Assembly: GCA_002189035.1 (NCBI GenBank)
Contig: NEEC01000011.1
Location: forward strand, 3,224,001 to 3,288,000
Source: Utricularia gibba
Taxonomy: Eukaryota > Plantae > Magnoliophyta
Direction of reading: 5' to 3'
DNA length: 64,000 nucleotides
Shown here: positions 49,054-63,212 of the stretch, piece by piece
Numbering within the stretch: the first letter of the stretch is position 1
Layout of the letters: each line of letters begins with the position of its first letter
The notes under the pieces: generated by a model
What the model saw: only the letters and a program-made list of their open reading frames with translations
The model's database searches: none
Told to the model about the DNA's origin: nothing
Position numbers and translations under genes: made by a program

Positions 49054-51295
49054 TACCTGCCTGCAGTTGCAGCGAAAAAACAATCAGTACCTTTTGTCCT
49101 CACTCCCTCAAGCTGCTTTCGCTTATACCCACACAGGGAGAGAGCAAGGAATCAAACAAGGGCTCAAGCAGAACGAAAACCAATGCAAGTCGCTCTCAAG
49201 ACGGTGGTTGCGCATGTATGGCATGCAAACCGTGCGATGCAACAGTGGAGTCTTTCACTTCCACCATGCGATTTCCGCAATCATGCTCCTTGATGGTTCC
49301 TCTGCAAACTAAAAAAGAAAAATGTGGGAGCGCGTGAGCTCGTACGTGTGTGACAGAGGTGACTGACAGACCAGATATCACCCATTACACAGACAAAAAA
49401 CTAACCCACTGAAAAACCAAAACACCAGCCTAACAGGGACACTGCAAATTTTCATTTTTCATGTTCAGGAAGACGCAATGCAGAGAAAACTAAAGCAGTC
49501 GGCGATCTGGGTTTCCCGGAAAGGATGAAACTGGGAGGGAGAGCTTCAAACAACAAACGGGGCTTCACCATCGCCTAAAACTCTAGATTTCACGAATGCC
49601 ACTTAAGTGGATCGGAAAGTCACCACACCAAGGCGCACATTTTCAAATGCAAAATATAACTAACTATGTCGCCACTTTCAATTTATCTATCATACACTAC
49701 GACAAAAAAATTAACATATGATCATTTCTCTAATTATCCAATATAAACCATGAACCAATTACACAAGTACAATTTGAAATATCCAATCATAATTCAAATC
49801 ATGATCGAATCGTTTTTTTTTGTTAATATTTTCCTTATAAAAAACCAAAATGGTTAATTTAAGAGTTGCATCCAATTGATTTTTGTGGATTTTCATAACC
49901 CCATAGAATAAAGACGAAACTTTTATCGTGGTTAAATGATAATTTAATAGTTATTTATTTTTTTCTAATTCAGATTTAATTCAATCTTTTATATAAATAA
50001 TTTATGATCCAAAACAATTTAACTGTGTTTCAACATGATTTTTTTTAAACACTAGCCTAAGGATTCTAATGCAATTTTTTTTTTGAAAATTTGGATTTTT
50101 GGAATTTCAATGAAATAAAACAATTTCAATCAAAATTTAAGTTTATTGGATTATAAAATGAGTTTTATTGAACTAATATTTATTATTAATATTAATTTTT
50201 GCTTTTCTTTACAATTTTGACCATCATATCAAAATTTTGATTTTCAAGTATTATAGAAAAATCTTAAATTTTACTACAATATTTCTTTTTAATAATTAAT
50301 AACATTATTTTTATAATAAAATTTAAAAATTTTCTTTAGAATTTTTAATATTTTAATATAAAAATCGTTCTTATTTGTAATTATTATTATTATTTTTTTT
50401 ATTATGTTTATTTAAAAAAATCTCATTTGATTTTTAAAATTATAGGGAATATATTTTTATTATTTTTTTGAAATGATTAGCCAATTAGGGTGATGCAAAG
50501 CTAAAATGGAGCAAAATATAAAACGAAAAAACGGGTCAGAAGTCAACCAACAAAATCCTTGAGACGATCGTGAGATACGTGTGTGTGTGGCAAATGATAG
50601 ATGAATCTGCCTGGCAGACGTCAATAAGGCCCCTGCTTGTCTGGGATTCTTGGGGAAGACGGATATGGAATGTGATGGTTGTTGACGCTGGGAAAAGTAC
50701 TCAAGTCGTAGGTGGAGCAAGCTCGCCCAGAAATATGAACCCAGCGTCAACTTCTGTGAGCTGTTTACACCTCAAGAAAGCGTAGCGAAGGTAAAAATGA
50801 CCGCCCCTTATGGTTAGGGAGGATCTGCAGTACTCATATTTCGGTTGGTTTGCATCCCCTGAATTTGAAAAGATTGATTTGATTTTTTTATTTCGATTGG
50901 AGTTCATGCTTTGAAGCGTAATGTTTCAGGTGGTTGTTGTCCATGTGCTTATTTCCCTGGTAGAAATGGTTCGAAAGTTGTATTCCGGTAGCTGGGTTGA
51001 TTGACTCTGGGTTTGCAGCTGCACGGACGGATAGGTGAAGAAGAAAGGATCGGCTTCGGGATTTGCTTTTTTTTGTTTGTTTTTTTGAAGCGTTTGAAGA
51101 TATGCAAATGGCGAAAGGCGGAAGCCCAGAGCTTGAACCCCCAAACTTGGTATGCAATTATTGGGAAATTCTTTTTGTCCTTCTCTACAGCATCTTTGAG
51201 ATTCATATCTTTCTGAGTCTACTCTTTTCGAATCTTTTTTTTTTTTTTTTTTTTTTTGCGTAAAGATTGAGAACCTCGTGATTGTGTTGCCACAG

Positions 51296-54200
51296 ATGGT
51301 TGACCTTGAAGAGAGTAGTGACATCGTCAAGTTGGAGGAGGAAGACATTCACAGAGTTGAAGGCTTGGAGGGACACCTGCCACCGCCATCTTCCATTGTT
51401 GTTGTTGCGGTGAGTGGAAGCAGAAAAGACAAACACACTGTAAAGTGGGCATTAGAGAAATTCGCCCATGAAGAAATGATTTCCTTCCGGATGCTGCACG
51501 TTCGCCCAGTGATAACAAGAATCCCAACTCCTAGTCCGTAATCAGTCTCCTCACCTCTTGTTAATTTGTTTACTGGTGATCCTTTTTTCAGTTCTGTTTG
51601 TAATTGTGCCGCTGCTCATTGCAGTGGGAAACTTTATCCCCATTTCTCAAGTAAGAGAAGATGTAGCAGACGCCTTCAAAAAGGATGTTGAGTGGGAAAT
51701 TGACAAAAAGTTTCTTGGTTGCAAAAGATTGTTCACCCAAAGAAAGGTCCTTATGGAGTTTGATTTGAACAATATGACCAAATGCTCAGTGTTGCTCTTT
51801 CTCATTTTTCAGGTACAAGTGGAACTTGTACAGATTGAATCAAATGATGTGTCGAGCGCTGTAGCAGGGCATGTTTCCGAGCACCGTATTGGAAAGCTCG
51901 TTATCGGTGCTTCATCTCGTAGTATTTTCTCAAGGTTGTTTGCATGATCTTTCACTCTTTGTATTTCATCAGCTGAAGCTAACTCTCATGTTTGTCACAT
52001 TTTTCAGAAATCGAACCTTGTCCTCTAAGATATCAGAAGGCTGCTCAAACTTCTGTGCAGTATATGTGGTCTCTAAGGGAAGACTTTCATCCTTACGGCC
52101 ATCAGATTCAGGAACAAATGGAAGCAGTAAAGACAATGGAAGTGAGACAAGCATGTCGACTGATGATACTTCAAGCCAATCTATGAGCTCTCAAACATGT
52201 AACTCTCTGTTGAATCTTTTCCTTTAACTCATCCAAGTATTTCTAATGCGCATTCGGTTCTTGCTTTTCAGTTTCGATGGACCAGACTTCAATGGAGTCG
52301 TTTTCTGGTTTGCGCCCGGCTCTGCACCAGTTGCAGCAGTTTCAAGCCATATCAGCTTTGAACCAGGCCCTTCTCCATCAAAGAATGCCTTCTAGTGGAA
52401 GTTTAGCATCAACTAACTTATCTCTTATCGATGAAGAGGCTGATGCTACAAGTGCTAATTGCGGTGATGTTTCATCCACAAGCTCTGAAAGTTCATCAGC
52501 TTTTGGAGCTTTAACCTCGGCGGCTAGTACCACTACGCAGGTAATGCATTAAATTCAATCCAATGCAAAGACAGCTTCCCCACAAGATTTGCACAAATGC
52601 ATGTGTATACAGATAGCATGCATTTTTTTTCTGCAGGTTAATGTGAACTTTGAACTTGAAAAATTGCGTGTTCAATTGAGACACATGCGAGGAATGTATG
52701 CTGCAACACAAGATGAAGCAACTGACGTATCTAGAAAGGTGATTTCAGCACCCGAGAAAAGCTATTTGAAGTTTTCCTAACAAAACTAATATGATGTCTT
52801 GTTCTTTTCAGTTAAATGAACTTGTGAAACGTCGAGTGGATGAAGAAGGAAATCTCAAACAAATTTTCTCTAGGGAAGAAAAAGGCAAAGAGATAGCCAA
52901 GGAAATGAATGAAAAATATGAAGCAGCTATAAGGGATGCAGAAATTTTAAACCAGTGTGCAGAAATACAAGCGAGAGAAAGAAGAGATGCGGAGATAAGA
53001 GCTTTACGTGAAGGCAGAGAAAAACAAATACTTGAAAGTGCATTGAGCAACACTTGTCATAGATTTCGCGTCTTTACTTGGCAAGAAATTTTATCTGCAA
53101 CATCATCTTTTCATGAGGATCTCAAAATAGGGATGGGAGCTTATGGAAATGTCTATAAGTGCAATTTTCAGCACACAGTTGCTGCTGTAAAGATCCATAC
53201 AAAAGACGCATGTAGAGATAAGCAATTTTATCAGGAGGTACCACTTTTCTGTAAGATAAAGCAAGTTATGCGTTCTGTGTTTTTTGGTGTAATTGTTGTT
53301 CATGCTTCATTCTTTTTTTTTGTGGATGTACTGTTTTTCAGCTCGAGATACTGAGCCAAAATCGTCATCCTAACTTGCTTATCCTCCTTGGTGCTTGCCC
53401 TGATCATGGTTGTCTTGTATATGAGTTCATGGAGAATGGTAGCCTTGATGACAGGCTTATGAGAAAGAACAATACACCTCCACTTCCATGGTCTGTCCGC
53501 TTCCGAATCGTGTGGGAAGTTTCTTCAGCACTCCTTTGCCTACACCGTACAAAACCAAGAGCTATCATCCACCGTGACCTGAAGCCTGGAAATATTTTAC
53601 TTGATGGTAATTATGTCAGCAAGATCGGGGATGTTGGTCTTTCAGCGATGGTTAGCGATGATGACCCTTCATCTTCAGTTGCATCAAGCGATTCAGCTCC
53701 AGTGGGTACACCCTGCTACATTGATCCAGAATATCAAAGAACGGGAGTCATCTCTCCAAAGTCTGATGTGTATGCCTTGGGGATGGTTATTCTACAAATA
53801 CTTACTGCAAAACCAGCTATTGGTTTAGCTTATACTGTTGAGATTGCAGTTGAAAATGATCGTCTTGAGGAGGTACTGGATCCAGATGCAGGTTCATGGC
53901 CGATTCAAGAAACAAAAGAGTTGTCTTCTCTAGCATTGAAATGCACAGAACTTCGGCAAGCAGACAGGCCGGATTTGCAAGATGAAGTGCTACCCTTCCT
54001 GGAGAAACTGAAGAACCTGGCGGAGAAATCACAAGGTGCCAGTCGGGAGACTGCCCCACAGCCTCCCAACCACTTCATTTGCCCCATACTGAAGGTTGCC
54101 TATCTTTTCCTGTCTTATGTTGTTGATTTGGTAACAGAGTGACACGTGGTACGCATTGTTTTCAGGAGATTATGAACGATCCCTGCGTTGCCGCTGATGG

Positions 54201-54354
54201 CTATACATATGATCGGAAGGCAATAGAGTCGTGGCTAGAGAAGCATGATTCATCTCCTGTCACCAAGGAGCCTTTGCCACACAAAGGCCTTATACCAAAT
54301 TATGCCCTTCTTTCTGCTATCATGGAGTGGGGTGCCGGGAAAGGAGCATGTTAG
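51296..54354 (+). CDS. U-box domain protein kinase (UspA-like N-terminus, kinase, U-box; PUB35/51/52-type)
   Basis: Nine exons: VVVAVSGS..KWALEK..MLHVRP, coiled coil, IGMGAYGNVYK, HRDLKPGNILLD, KIGDVGL, FICPILK/EIMNDPCVAADGYTYDRKAIESWL. Confidence 0.92.
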
Positions 54355-54705
54355 CCTTCATGTTTTTCTGTCATGATCATGGGACGTAAAAGCACAGACT
54401 AGGTAGAAATGAACAATAATCTCTTAACAGATGAGCAGCAGTACAGATAGAGAGAGAACTGCTCATTAGATTTTTGGCCTGTTCAGATGAAGCTCTATTC
54501 ATGATGGTTGGTTTCCATGAAACAAACTTCATGAAAATTGTAAGCTTTTGTTTCGTCGAATAATAATTCATCCTTGGCACTAGAATGTGCACTCCCACAT
54601 TAAAATTGTGACCCAACAAGCCCTCTCTTTTTTCTTCTTCTTGCTTTGTTCAGTGAGTCCTTACCAGTGATTTTCGAAGGTGGGTTGGACTGTATCAGTC
54701 ACTTC

Positions 54706-56013
54706 CTAACCACCCCAAGTGGGTTCCTTGGAAATTTCTTCTAGTTGGCTGAGTATGCGCTTGATGTCAGGGCGAATAAGTCGACAAGGGGAGCAACACG
54801 CCATTGCAAGCTTGAAATACCTTAGAATTCTGTCTTGTGTGGACACCCTGATCTCGCTGCTCAGGCCTACAAGAATATCCGGATGATACAAATCTGTGAT
54901 TCTGTCATCCAGCGCCAAGCTTCTGAGCGAGCTGGGCAAGTAAGAATCTTGACCAGAAATCCTGCCTCTCTCAATTGGTTGTTTTCCCGTGAGAAGTTCT
55001 AGGAATATGAGGCCTAAGCTGTAAATGTCAGATTCTTGAGAAGCATCCTTCATTTTGAGCAGCTCAGGGGCTTTATATCCCTGGGATGTCAACACTTGAA
55101 GCATTTGCTGCTGTGCTGCTGAATTCAGCAGAAGATGTAAGCTGAAATCCGAGACATATGGATTGAGATGGGGATCCAACATCACATTCTTGGACTTCAG
55201 GTTGCCATGAACTATCGGCTTCAGAAATGCTGTATGAAGATGGTGAATCCCCTGTGCAATGCTAATGGAGATTCCACAAATCACAGACCATTTTCTAGCT
55301 TCTGGATTATCACCTAATGAGATGCAGATCATTCAGAAGACTAGTGTGATGTGAAATACTAGAAAAAAAAAAAAGGCAAGATTAATCAACCAGGAACAGA
55401 CAAATTTCTCGGACGTCACTTTTCATCATCATATGAGGACAAGAATCCAGTGTTCGTGAGTAAACAAGAAAAGAAAGATTCTCCACCTATATTCCAATGG
55501 GAGAGAGGAGCAGGACTTACCTCTGATAAACTGAGCCAGATTCCCATATGCATAGAAAGGATGAACCATGAGCTTTTCACCCTTTGGGCCTGCATAAAAT
55601 GCACACAACGGAACCAAATTTGGGTGCTTCACAAGTCCTAACTGCTCTACAATGGGCAGCATCTCCTTTAAATCCACTGTACAAGTAGGCCTCAAGAATC
55701 TAAGCGAAGTAAGAGAATTTGAATGAAGGAAACAAGCTCTGTACAGTGTTCCACAACATGACTTTCCAATGACTTCGCCAGGAGCATCAAGAATTTTTTC
55801 CACACTGAGATCTTCAGCACCCTGAAACTTGATCAGGTCCCAACAATTCACATGTCCATCCCCTCCACCACACTCCAAGGTAGCCGCTACGTCGCAAGAA
55901 GAGGAATGGTCTGACTTTTTTCTTCTCAAACAGCATATAATGAGTGACACTACAGACAGGAATGAGAAAGAGGACAGAAGTATGAGCAGTAGGACTTCAT
56001 GTTCATGCTTCAT
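54706..56013 (-). CDS. Single-pass receptor-like pseudokinase (TMKL1-like, no LRR ectodomain)
   Basis: Two exons: N-terminal TM helix, LDAPGEVIGKSCCGTLYRA, LRFLRP, HPNLVPLCAFYAGPKGEKLMV, HGNLKSKNV, VSDFSL, GYKAPEL. Confidence 0.88.
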
Positions 56014-56939
56014 TTTTCTTCCTCCAGGGGAGGTCCTTGATGTTGCAAAGATAGCAGCTCTTTCTGATTTCTTGCCGAAGACGAGGCGAGCCAAGATCAA
56101 AGAATATGGAAGTTAACTGGGATTCTCTGAATTCATCGTGCTCCCCTTTCTGTTACTGGAGAAGGATATCAGAGAAAGTGGTTCCAGCAGTTCAAACAAT
56201 AAACTCCTTTTTATTCAACGCAGTCTTGTTTGTCTTGGTGAAGGGACCTGCCAAACGAGACAGGGGCGAGAAAGAGAGAGGTAGAGTGAGGAGAGAAACT
56301 GGCAGATGGAGCCATGTGACGTCTATTCGAGTGAAAATGATATTCCCTGGTGACCAGAAATTAACATTGGGGGCCCAAATTTGTATCCATACAGAATTTT
56401 TTCCCGGTAGCTAGCGTATGCCTATGACACTGGTTTGCACAGAGAACGGGAGCTACTCTTATACCAGAGGCAGCAAATACGCACACGTGTACTGTTGATA
56501 CAATTCAGGGCTTCAACAAGTTGTCTCCTTTTTACAAGGAAAAGGGGACTCTATCATCCCTGGTACTTTGGCTGTCATTTTAAAAGCTACTCATGGTCCA
56601 TTTATCTCACACACTAATCACAAAAAAATACACTTAGAGTGGATAGTTTTTTAAACACAGTAAAACACAGTGGATATTTTTCAAATTAACTCGTACTTTG
56701 GCTTGTTACACGCATCTCTTTAGTAAATTTATCTCCAGACGCCATCAAGTGCTTTCATTCCCTATCATGTTTAAAAGTACCTTAAAATCATCACGAGCTT
56801 CAATGTAGTATTGCAGCATTAGATCTCGGCAGTTGGGGAGGGGGAAGGACACGCACGATATGGACCAGTCAAATCAAGAGACAAAATGCAGAGAGATGCA
56901 AAGATTCATACTCAACAATCTACTGACAAAGATGAAAAA

Positions 56940-57015
56940 CACATGATCAGATCCATAAATATCGCCAACATAGGGATGCAGGCGCCCATCCTCAGCTATC
57001 TTATCACATCATATG
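56940..57015 (-). ncRNA. Candidate box C/D snoRNA-like RNA (76 nt)
   Basis: 7-bp terminal stem CATATGA/TCATGTG enclosing a C-like box (GTGATAA or ATGATGT), an internal CTGA, a GGATG/CATCC hairpin and a terminal CTGA. No rRNA/snRNA target identified. Confidence 0.3.
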
Positions 57016-57451
57016 ATCAAGAGTATGCACCCCCACAAACGAATGGGGACCTGCATTCACAGACATGGCTCAGACCACCAGATCCATGGTTTAAGGGCAA
57101 GAATGTTGCTTTTCCAGTTAAGTGCCCTGTTGTCTGTCTGCTATGTGTAGAGGGTTCAATGGCAACCAGCCGGCAGCCATCCTTCACGAAATTATTGTTT
57201 TTCCGTAAGTGGAATGAACAATGAACACAAAAATCTCAATCTACACAGACCACTAACCAGAGTACTCGAGGCAAATTTGACTTGAAATTCCGTGGTCGTG
57301 CCTCGTCCGTTTTTTAATGGCTGAAAAGGCCCGTTAGGTCCGTAGGAATGCATACCTAACGGACCGACCAACCCTCAATACGGAAGCTAAATTCCAGCAA
57401 GCTTTCTTTCCGGATTTCTTGGGTTTGGTCTATTGTTTCTTGTCCTATTAG

Positions 57452-57737
57452 ATGGAAGTTACTGCTCTGGGTCCTGCCTCTCTGGTGCTCTTTCCGATTC
57501 GTAGCAATCCACGAGTCGCTGCACCAGCCAAATCGCCTGCTGATACGCTTGTTCGCGCCCATCGTATTGGCCAGTCGATTAGAAGAAGAAGACCGTTGAT
57601 CCCGCGCCAAAACTGGGCCGCCGGAGTTCGAGCATCCGCCGGGGGTGTGAACGGTGACTTAGTTATTGATGATTTCGCCGTCGAGGATGTTCCGCATTTG
57701 ACGGACTACCTTCCTCATTTGCAGGTTCGCTTTTTTT

Positions 57738-57775
<38 letters not shown>

Positions 57776-60480
57776 CTTTCCGAATATTGATCTCCTCTCC
57801 TCTCCGCTGTTATTGCTACTTTTCCTGCCTTCAGTGTTACCCGAATCCGTTGGAGAAGTCTCAAGCATATGCTATAGTCAAGTAAGCCCAGCTTTCACTC
57901 ATCGTCTTCAAGACACTGCGTGTGCATGATGAGGCTTTTGTTTTTCTTTTTGAGATCATAGGAGAACGTTTGTGAGCCCTGACGAAGTGGTGGCACAGCA
58001 GGTTTAGTGTTTTTTATTGTATGTGTACACTAATTAGATGTATGCTCTGAAAGTTTGCATTTTGGATTCAGGTGGTTGTTCAGAAGGGCAGTCCTAGAGG
58101 AGTACATTTCCGGCGAGCAGGGCCACGTGAAAAAGTAAGCTTGTTCTCCCTTTTTACAGCTATGGGATGTGGCTGTTTTCCCGGCTTGTCGCATACTCCA
58201 GGTTTTCAAGATTCCATCTTTTTCTTCTTCCAGGTATATTTTACTCCAGAAGAAGTTCGAGCATGTATCGTGACATGTGGGGGTTTATGCCCTGGCATCA
58301 ATACAGTTATTCGTGAAATAGTATGTGGCTTGAAGAACATGTATAGAGTAGATGATATTCTTGGAATTCAGGTGAGAAAGAGAATTCAAATATTTTTTTT
58401 ATAGAAAAAGCATTTCTTTTTCATATTAGATTCCTTGTGCATTACCTTGAGAATCATGGCTCTGATTTACTATGTAACAGTACTTTTAGTCCTTCCATTG
58501 TTTTTGTGAAAACAGGGGGGCAATTTTTTTTTTTTTTTTGGTGGACTTGGTTTTAACAGATTCATGGTTCTGCACTTCCCGGTGAAACTGATACCCTGAT
58601 TCATTTTTACTTCAGGGAGGATATCGAGGATTTTATTCTAAAAACACCATTCAACTTACTCCAAAATCTGTTAACAACATTCACAAACATGGTGGAACAT
58701 TCTTACTAACCTCAAGAGGAGGCCATGATACGAATAAAATAGTTGACAATATCCAAGATCGAGGAATAAACCAGGTGAGGTCATTTTTTCCTCTGAGATC
58801 TTGCTGCACATTCAGACAAGGGCAATGTGATGACAGTTCTTAATTTTCAGGTTTACATAATTGGTGGAGATGGTACTCAAAAGGGAGCAGCTGCAATTTC
58901 CAAGGTCGGCCATCAACATGTTCCTGCCCTCTTGTTCACTCCTGAATCTAATGTCTTTTAGGGGTGCTTGATACTTACAGGAAGTTGAAAGGCGTGGCCT
59001 CAAGGTGGTGGTAGCTGGAATTCCAAAAACCATTGACAATGATATTGCTGTAAGTTGCAGTTGTAAGGTCTCCCAGAATATGTTATGGTGTCAACATTCT
59101 TCTGTCCCTGTGACCTTCCCTTCCCTGTTTTGTATGAAATATGCAGTGAGACTGCATTTTGATTCTGTGGAAACCAAATGTGCAGGTCATAGACAAATCC
59201 TTTGGCTTTGATACTGCAGTAGAGGAAGCTCAGCGAGCTATTAACGCCGCACACGTCGAAGTCGAAAGCGTAGAGAATGGAATTGGAATTGTGAAGCTAA
59301 TGGGACGCTACAGTGGTAAAGTGGCTGAACATTCTTCACATCAGCTCTCTTTTCTGAGTCCAGTCCTTGACACTGCTTGATGTCTGTCTTCAGGATTCAT
59401 CGCAATGCACGCAACTTTCGCCAGTCGGGACGTGGTAAGAATCCCTGATGTTAATGCTGCTTCCCTTGCAGAGATTCATTACATGTTATGGCTATGGACA
59501 GGATTGCTGCCTGATTCCAGAGTCACCATTCTATCTGGAAGGCCCTGGTGGGCTCTTCGAATTTGTTGAGCAGAGGGTAAAAGAGAACGGGCATATGGTT
59601 ATTGTGTTGGCTGAAGGAGCTGCACAGGAGCATGTTGCTCAGGACTTTCGTGCATCTGCTGCAAAAGACGCATCTGGGAATCAGCTGCTTCTGGATTCTG
59701 GGCTTTGGTTAACAGAGAAGATTAAGGTACATGGAAAGCCAACCTCTCAGTTAAGCAGCATTTCTTTATCAAATAGCATCATGCTACCAAACTTCAGAAC
59801 AGATTAAATTCACTTTCTTCTATGTTCCAGGATTACTTCTCAAGCGACCGGAAGATGGCCGTGAACATAAAATATATAGGTATCATCAGTGCTCCATACT
59901 TTTCATCAGATCCAGGGGACCTGTTCTCTGTTGAGGCATCTGATCACACAGTTTTTATCTGCTGTCGTTGTGGCTGAGCCCATCTGATCATTATTCATCA
60001 AAACCCCTTCTCATTTACTGTCTGTAGGATGTCAAGTTTTGGAATGTTGATCAGTATGGCTGTTGTGCTGTGCAGATCCTACTTACATGATTCGGGCGGT
60101 TCCCAGCAACGCATCAGACAACTTCTACTGCGCACTCCTTGCCCAGAATGCCATCCACGGGGCCATGGCAGGATACACAGGTTTTACTGTTGGCCCAGTG
60201 AACAGCAGACATGCTTACATTCCCATACGAGTAAGGCTCTCTATCCTATTGTAAAGCAAGCGTTCGGCACTGGATCATCACAAGTGGATTGGTGCCTTGT
60301 TTTTTTACCTGTCAGCGAGTAACGGAGGCACATAGAGTGGTGAAGTTGACAGACAGGGTGTGGGCTCGGCTCCTGGAATCCACAAACCAGCCCACCTTCC
60401 TCGGCTCTGAGGCTGGACAGGATAAGCTGCTGCTACATGTGCCAAGCCATGAGGAAGCAATAGGATCAAAAGCAAAGTGA
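57452..60480 (+). CDS. PFK4: ATP-dependent 6-phosphofructokinase, plastid type (PFK4-like)
   Basis: 14 exons: transit peptide, [72 protein letters not shown]. Confidence 0.93.
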
Positions 60481-60799
60481 TCATTCTTGGGTTGCATCTG
60501 AACTTGTGTTGTTTTGGTATAGATAGTGCAGAACTACTAGGCTCTCCGGTTCTATATGCGTGGGTTGGTCAAAGCTGCAGCATGGGACAACGTAATACGA
60601 AGAATAACCCAGATTTCAATATCAAGACAGAACACATATTTCACAACTGGGAGATTCTCCTGGATAAGCAAGTTACCATGCAAGCACACCCAGTATGAAA
60701 GGAGCTTGTCTGGTCAACCAGATGTAGAATCCAAAGAATAGAAGACTACATACGCTGAGACATCATAGGGATGTAGTGCCAACACACAATCGTGGCATT

Positions 60800-62428
60800 T
60801 TAAGAGCAGCAGCTGCTCTTTTGGGCAACGGGTTGCCCACGGATTTGCACCATTGGTGGCCTTGCGGCATTTGACTGGGGCTGGCTGGCCATCCTGCAGG
60901 TAGGTGTAAACTAGGTGTGAGCACATGGAATGAAGGGCCACAATTACACGTACCATAGGGATTTCAGGGAACTGACACAAGAAACAGTTACCTGTTCTTG
61001 ATGTCGGCAGACATTGCCATGAAAGCCTGTTCCACATTGAAGGCATTTTTGGCACTAGTTTCCATGAAGGGAATACCAATTTCATCTGCAAAAGCCTTCA
61101 AATACAATGGAACGGACGGTCATGATTTTCCACTTGGAAAAATACGCTTATAAAACAAGGGATTACGGATCGTTACCTTTGCGGTTTCATATGGAACGGC
61201 TCTATTCTCGGCGAGGTCAGACTTGTTCCCTACGAGAAGCTTGTTCACATTATCACTGGCATATCGACTGATTTCACTCAGCCACTGTTTCACATTGTTG
61301 AAGCTCTCTTGGTCCGTTATATCATACACTATCTGCAGAAAAAAACGCCCAAGGCGTAAATTAAAGATATACATTGAATAAAGATACCAAATAAAATAAG
61401 AAATAAGTCTAACAATTATTCCATGTGCTCCACGGTAGTAGCTACTTGTTATTGTCCTGAATCGTTCCTGACCAGCAGTATCCCACTGCGAGTAAAATTA
61501 CAAAAAAAAAGGTATACAATGCTTGCCCCGTTGATAGATATAAATGCATCCAGTATGTTCTGGTAAAAACCAGAACATGAAATAAGACAGTCTTACAATC
61601 TGAAGCTTAATAGTCTTGCCATCCTGCTCCACGGTTCTGATTTTCTGAGAACGGAAATAGAGTGATAACCGTGATTCAATTGAAGTACATACAGAAAAAA
61701 ATAGTGCCTTACAAAATCAACTCCAATGGTGCTGATGTAACTGTCAATATATGAATCATCCTGTGTAAATATAGCCAAAAAATCAGGAAATCACTTTCAC
61801 ACAAAGGCAACGCTAAACCGAACCGAAATTCCAGCTTACAGCAAATCTCAGGAGGAGACATGATTTACCAACACCAGAATCTCCGATTAAAAGAAGCTTG
61901 AACAAGTAGTCACTGAACCTCCCCCCAAAAAAACACAACATACATTCTATAGGGTTAGTAACAGGAAGAAAAAAACGACATCTGGGATAATGCTTGGTTA
62001 CAAAATTATGCGAACTAGTGACTCCACCGTGTAATACTAACCCCCATCCCCCATGGAATACATACATACACGCTAAAATCCTACCAACAGTCTAACACGG
62101 GACCACGGCAAACTCAGAGGTCGATTTACATTAATTACAATTTCCACAAATCAAAGATCTTAAAACCACGGGAATAAAGTAAAATTCTCTTCTTCGCGAA
62201 TTGTGTACCAAAAGCCCTAATTCACCTACAGACCAAAATTCCTGATCACGGACGGACATCATCACGAAACCAACGCAAAAATCAAGCACGACCTCAAAAA
62301 ATCTGGCAACAAAATCAATAAGAAAGAAAAAGAAACTGATCCGCGCACAAGGAGATAATAAATGGCAAAGCTTATGAATCCCTCGGAACTTCCGAAAGAG
62401 AGAGGGAAATTTACTATTCAGAACCCAT
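60800..62428 (-). CDS. RABD2: Rab GTPase RabD2 (Rab1/Ypt1 type)
   Basis: Eight exons with a 14-nt first exon (MGSEY), [40 protein letters not shown]-terminal prenylation motif CCS-stop. Confidence 0.95.
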
Positions 62429-63212
62429 GACTGGCGAAATGAATCAACGTTTCCGTCGGCCGGCGGGAGTCACTGGCGAGAGGCGACCTGCGACGGAGCT
62501 GCTATCGTCTTGACCGCGTTATCGGGGAATACGAAGCCTGCCTGGCGCGTCGTGCAAGTCTAAACTAATGTTGCGTCAGTTGCGTCATATTTATAAGAAG
62601 GAAAAGCAGCAAGAAGCCCCCCTCCGCTTTACACGAATTGTACACGGAACCCCATTTACTAATTTCTTATTCATTATTACTAAAATTATTCAAAATCAAA
62701 ATTTAAATTCCTAAAAAATCATGTATAATACTATTTAATTAAATTTTCTTACAAAAATGAATAATTAACTTAGGAATAGAAGGGAAACTTCAGTGCAGAA
62801 AATGGGAGAAATGTTTGCGTGGGGGGAGGAAACACTCCACAGGAGTGTTTTTCTTTGGTGCAATGATGACTGCACCTACACTACCTGCACATTGGGAAGT
62901 TTTGCCGCAGCAATCGGCTGAAGAAGGAAAAAGCATCCTCTGGGGTGATAGTCTCTGAGGTTCACAGACTTTACTGCGGTGCCAATTCCTTTAACTTCAC
63001 CATTGCAAACAACAAACGTTTTCATCAAGGAAATATATCCGAAAAGGTTTGAAGTTAGCAGCGATGAAAGACCCGTCTCTTGCGGTTGAATGAAAAAGAC
63101 ACAGTAGAAGGGAACCAAGGCCTACGCTGGGAGAAACACACATGTGAATCAGGGGTAAATTGGCGTGTTCCATCATCATCTCTCACAAAGCGGGGAAGAT
63201 TTTTTCACCCCC

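Noticed and set aside
62570-62590. Tandem TGACG motifs near the RABD2 promoter as an as-1 element
   Set aside because: Spacing is 9 bp rather than the canonical 12, and they lie downstream of the apparent TATA box.
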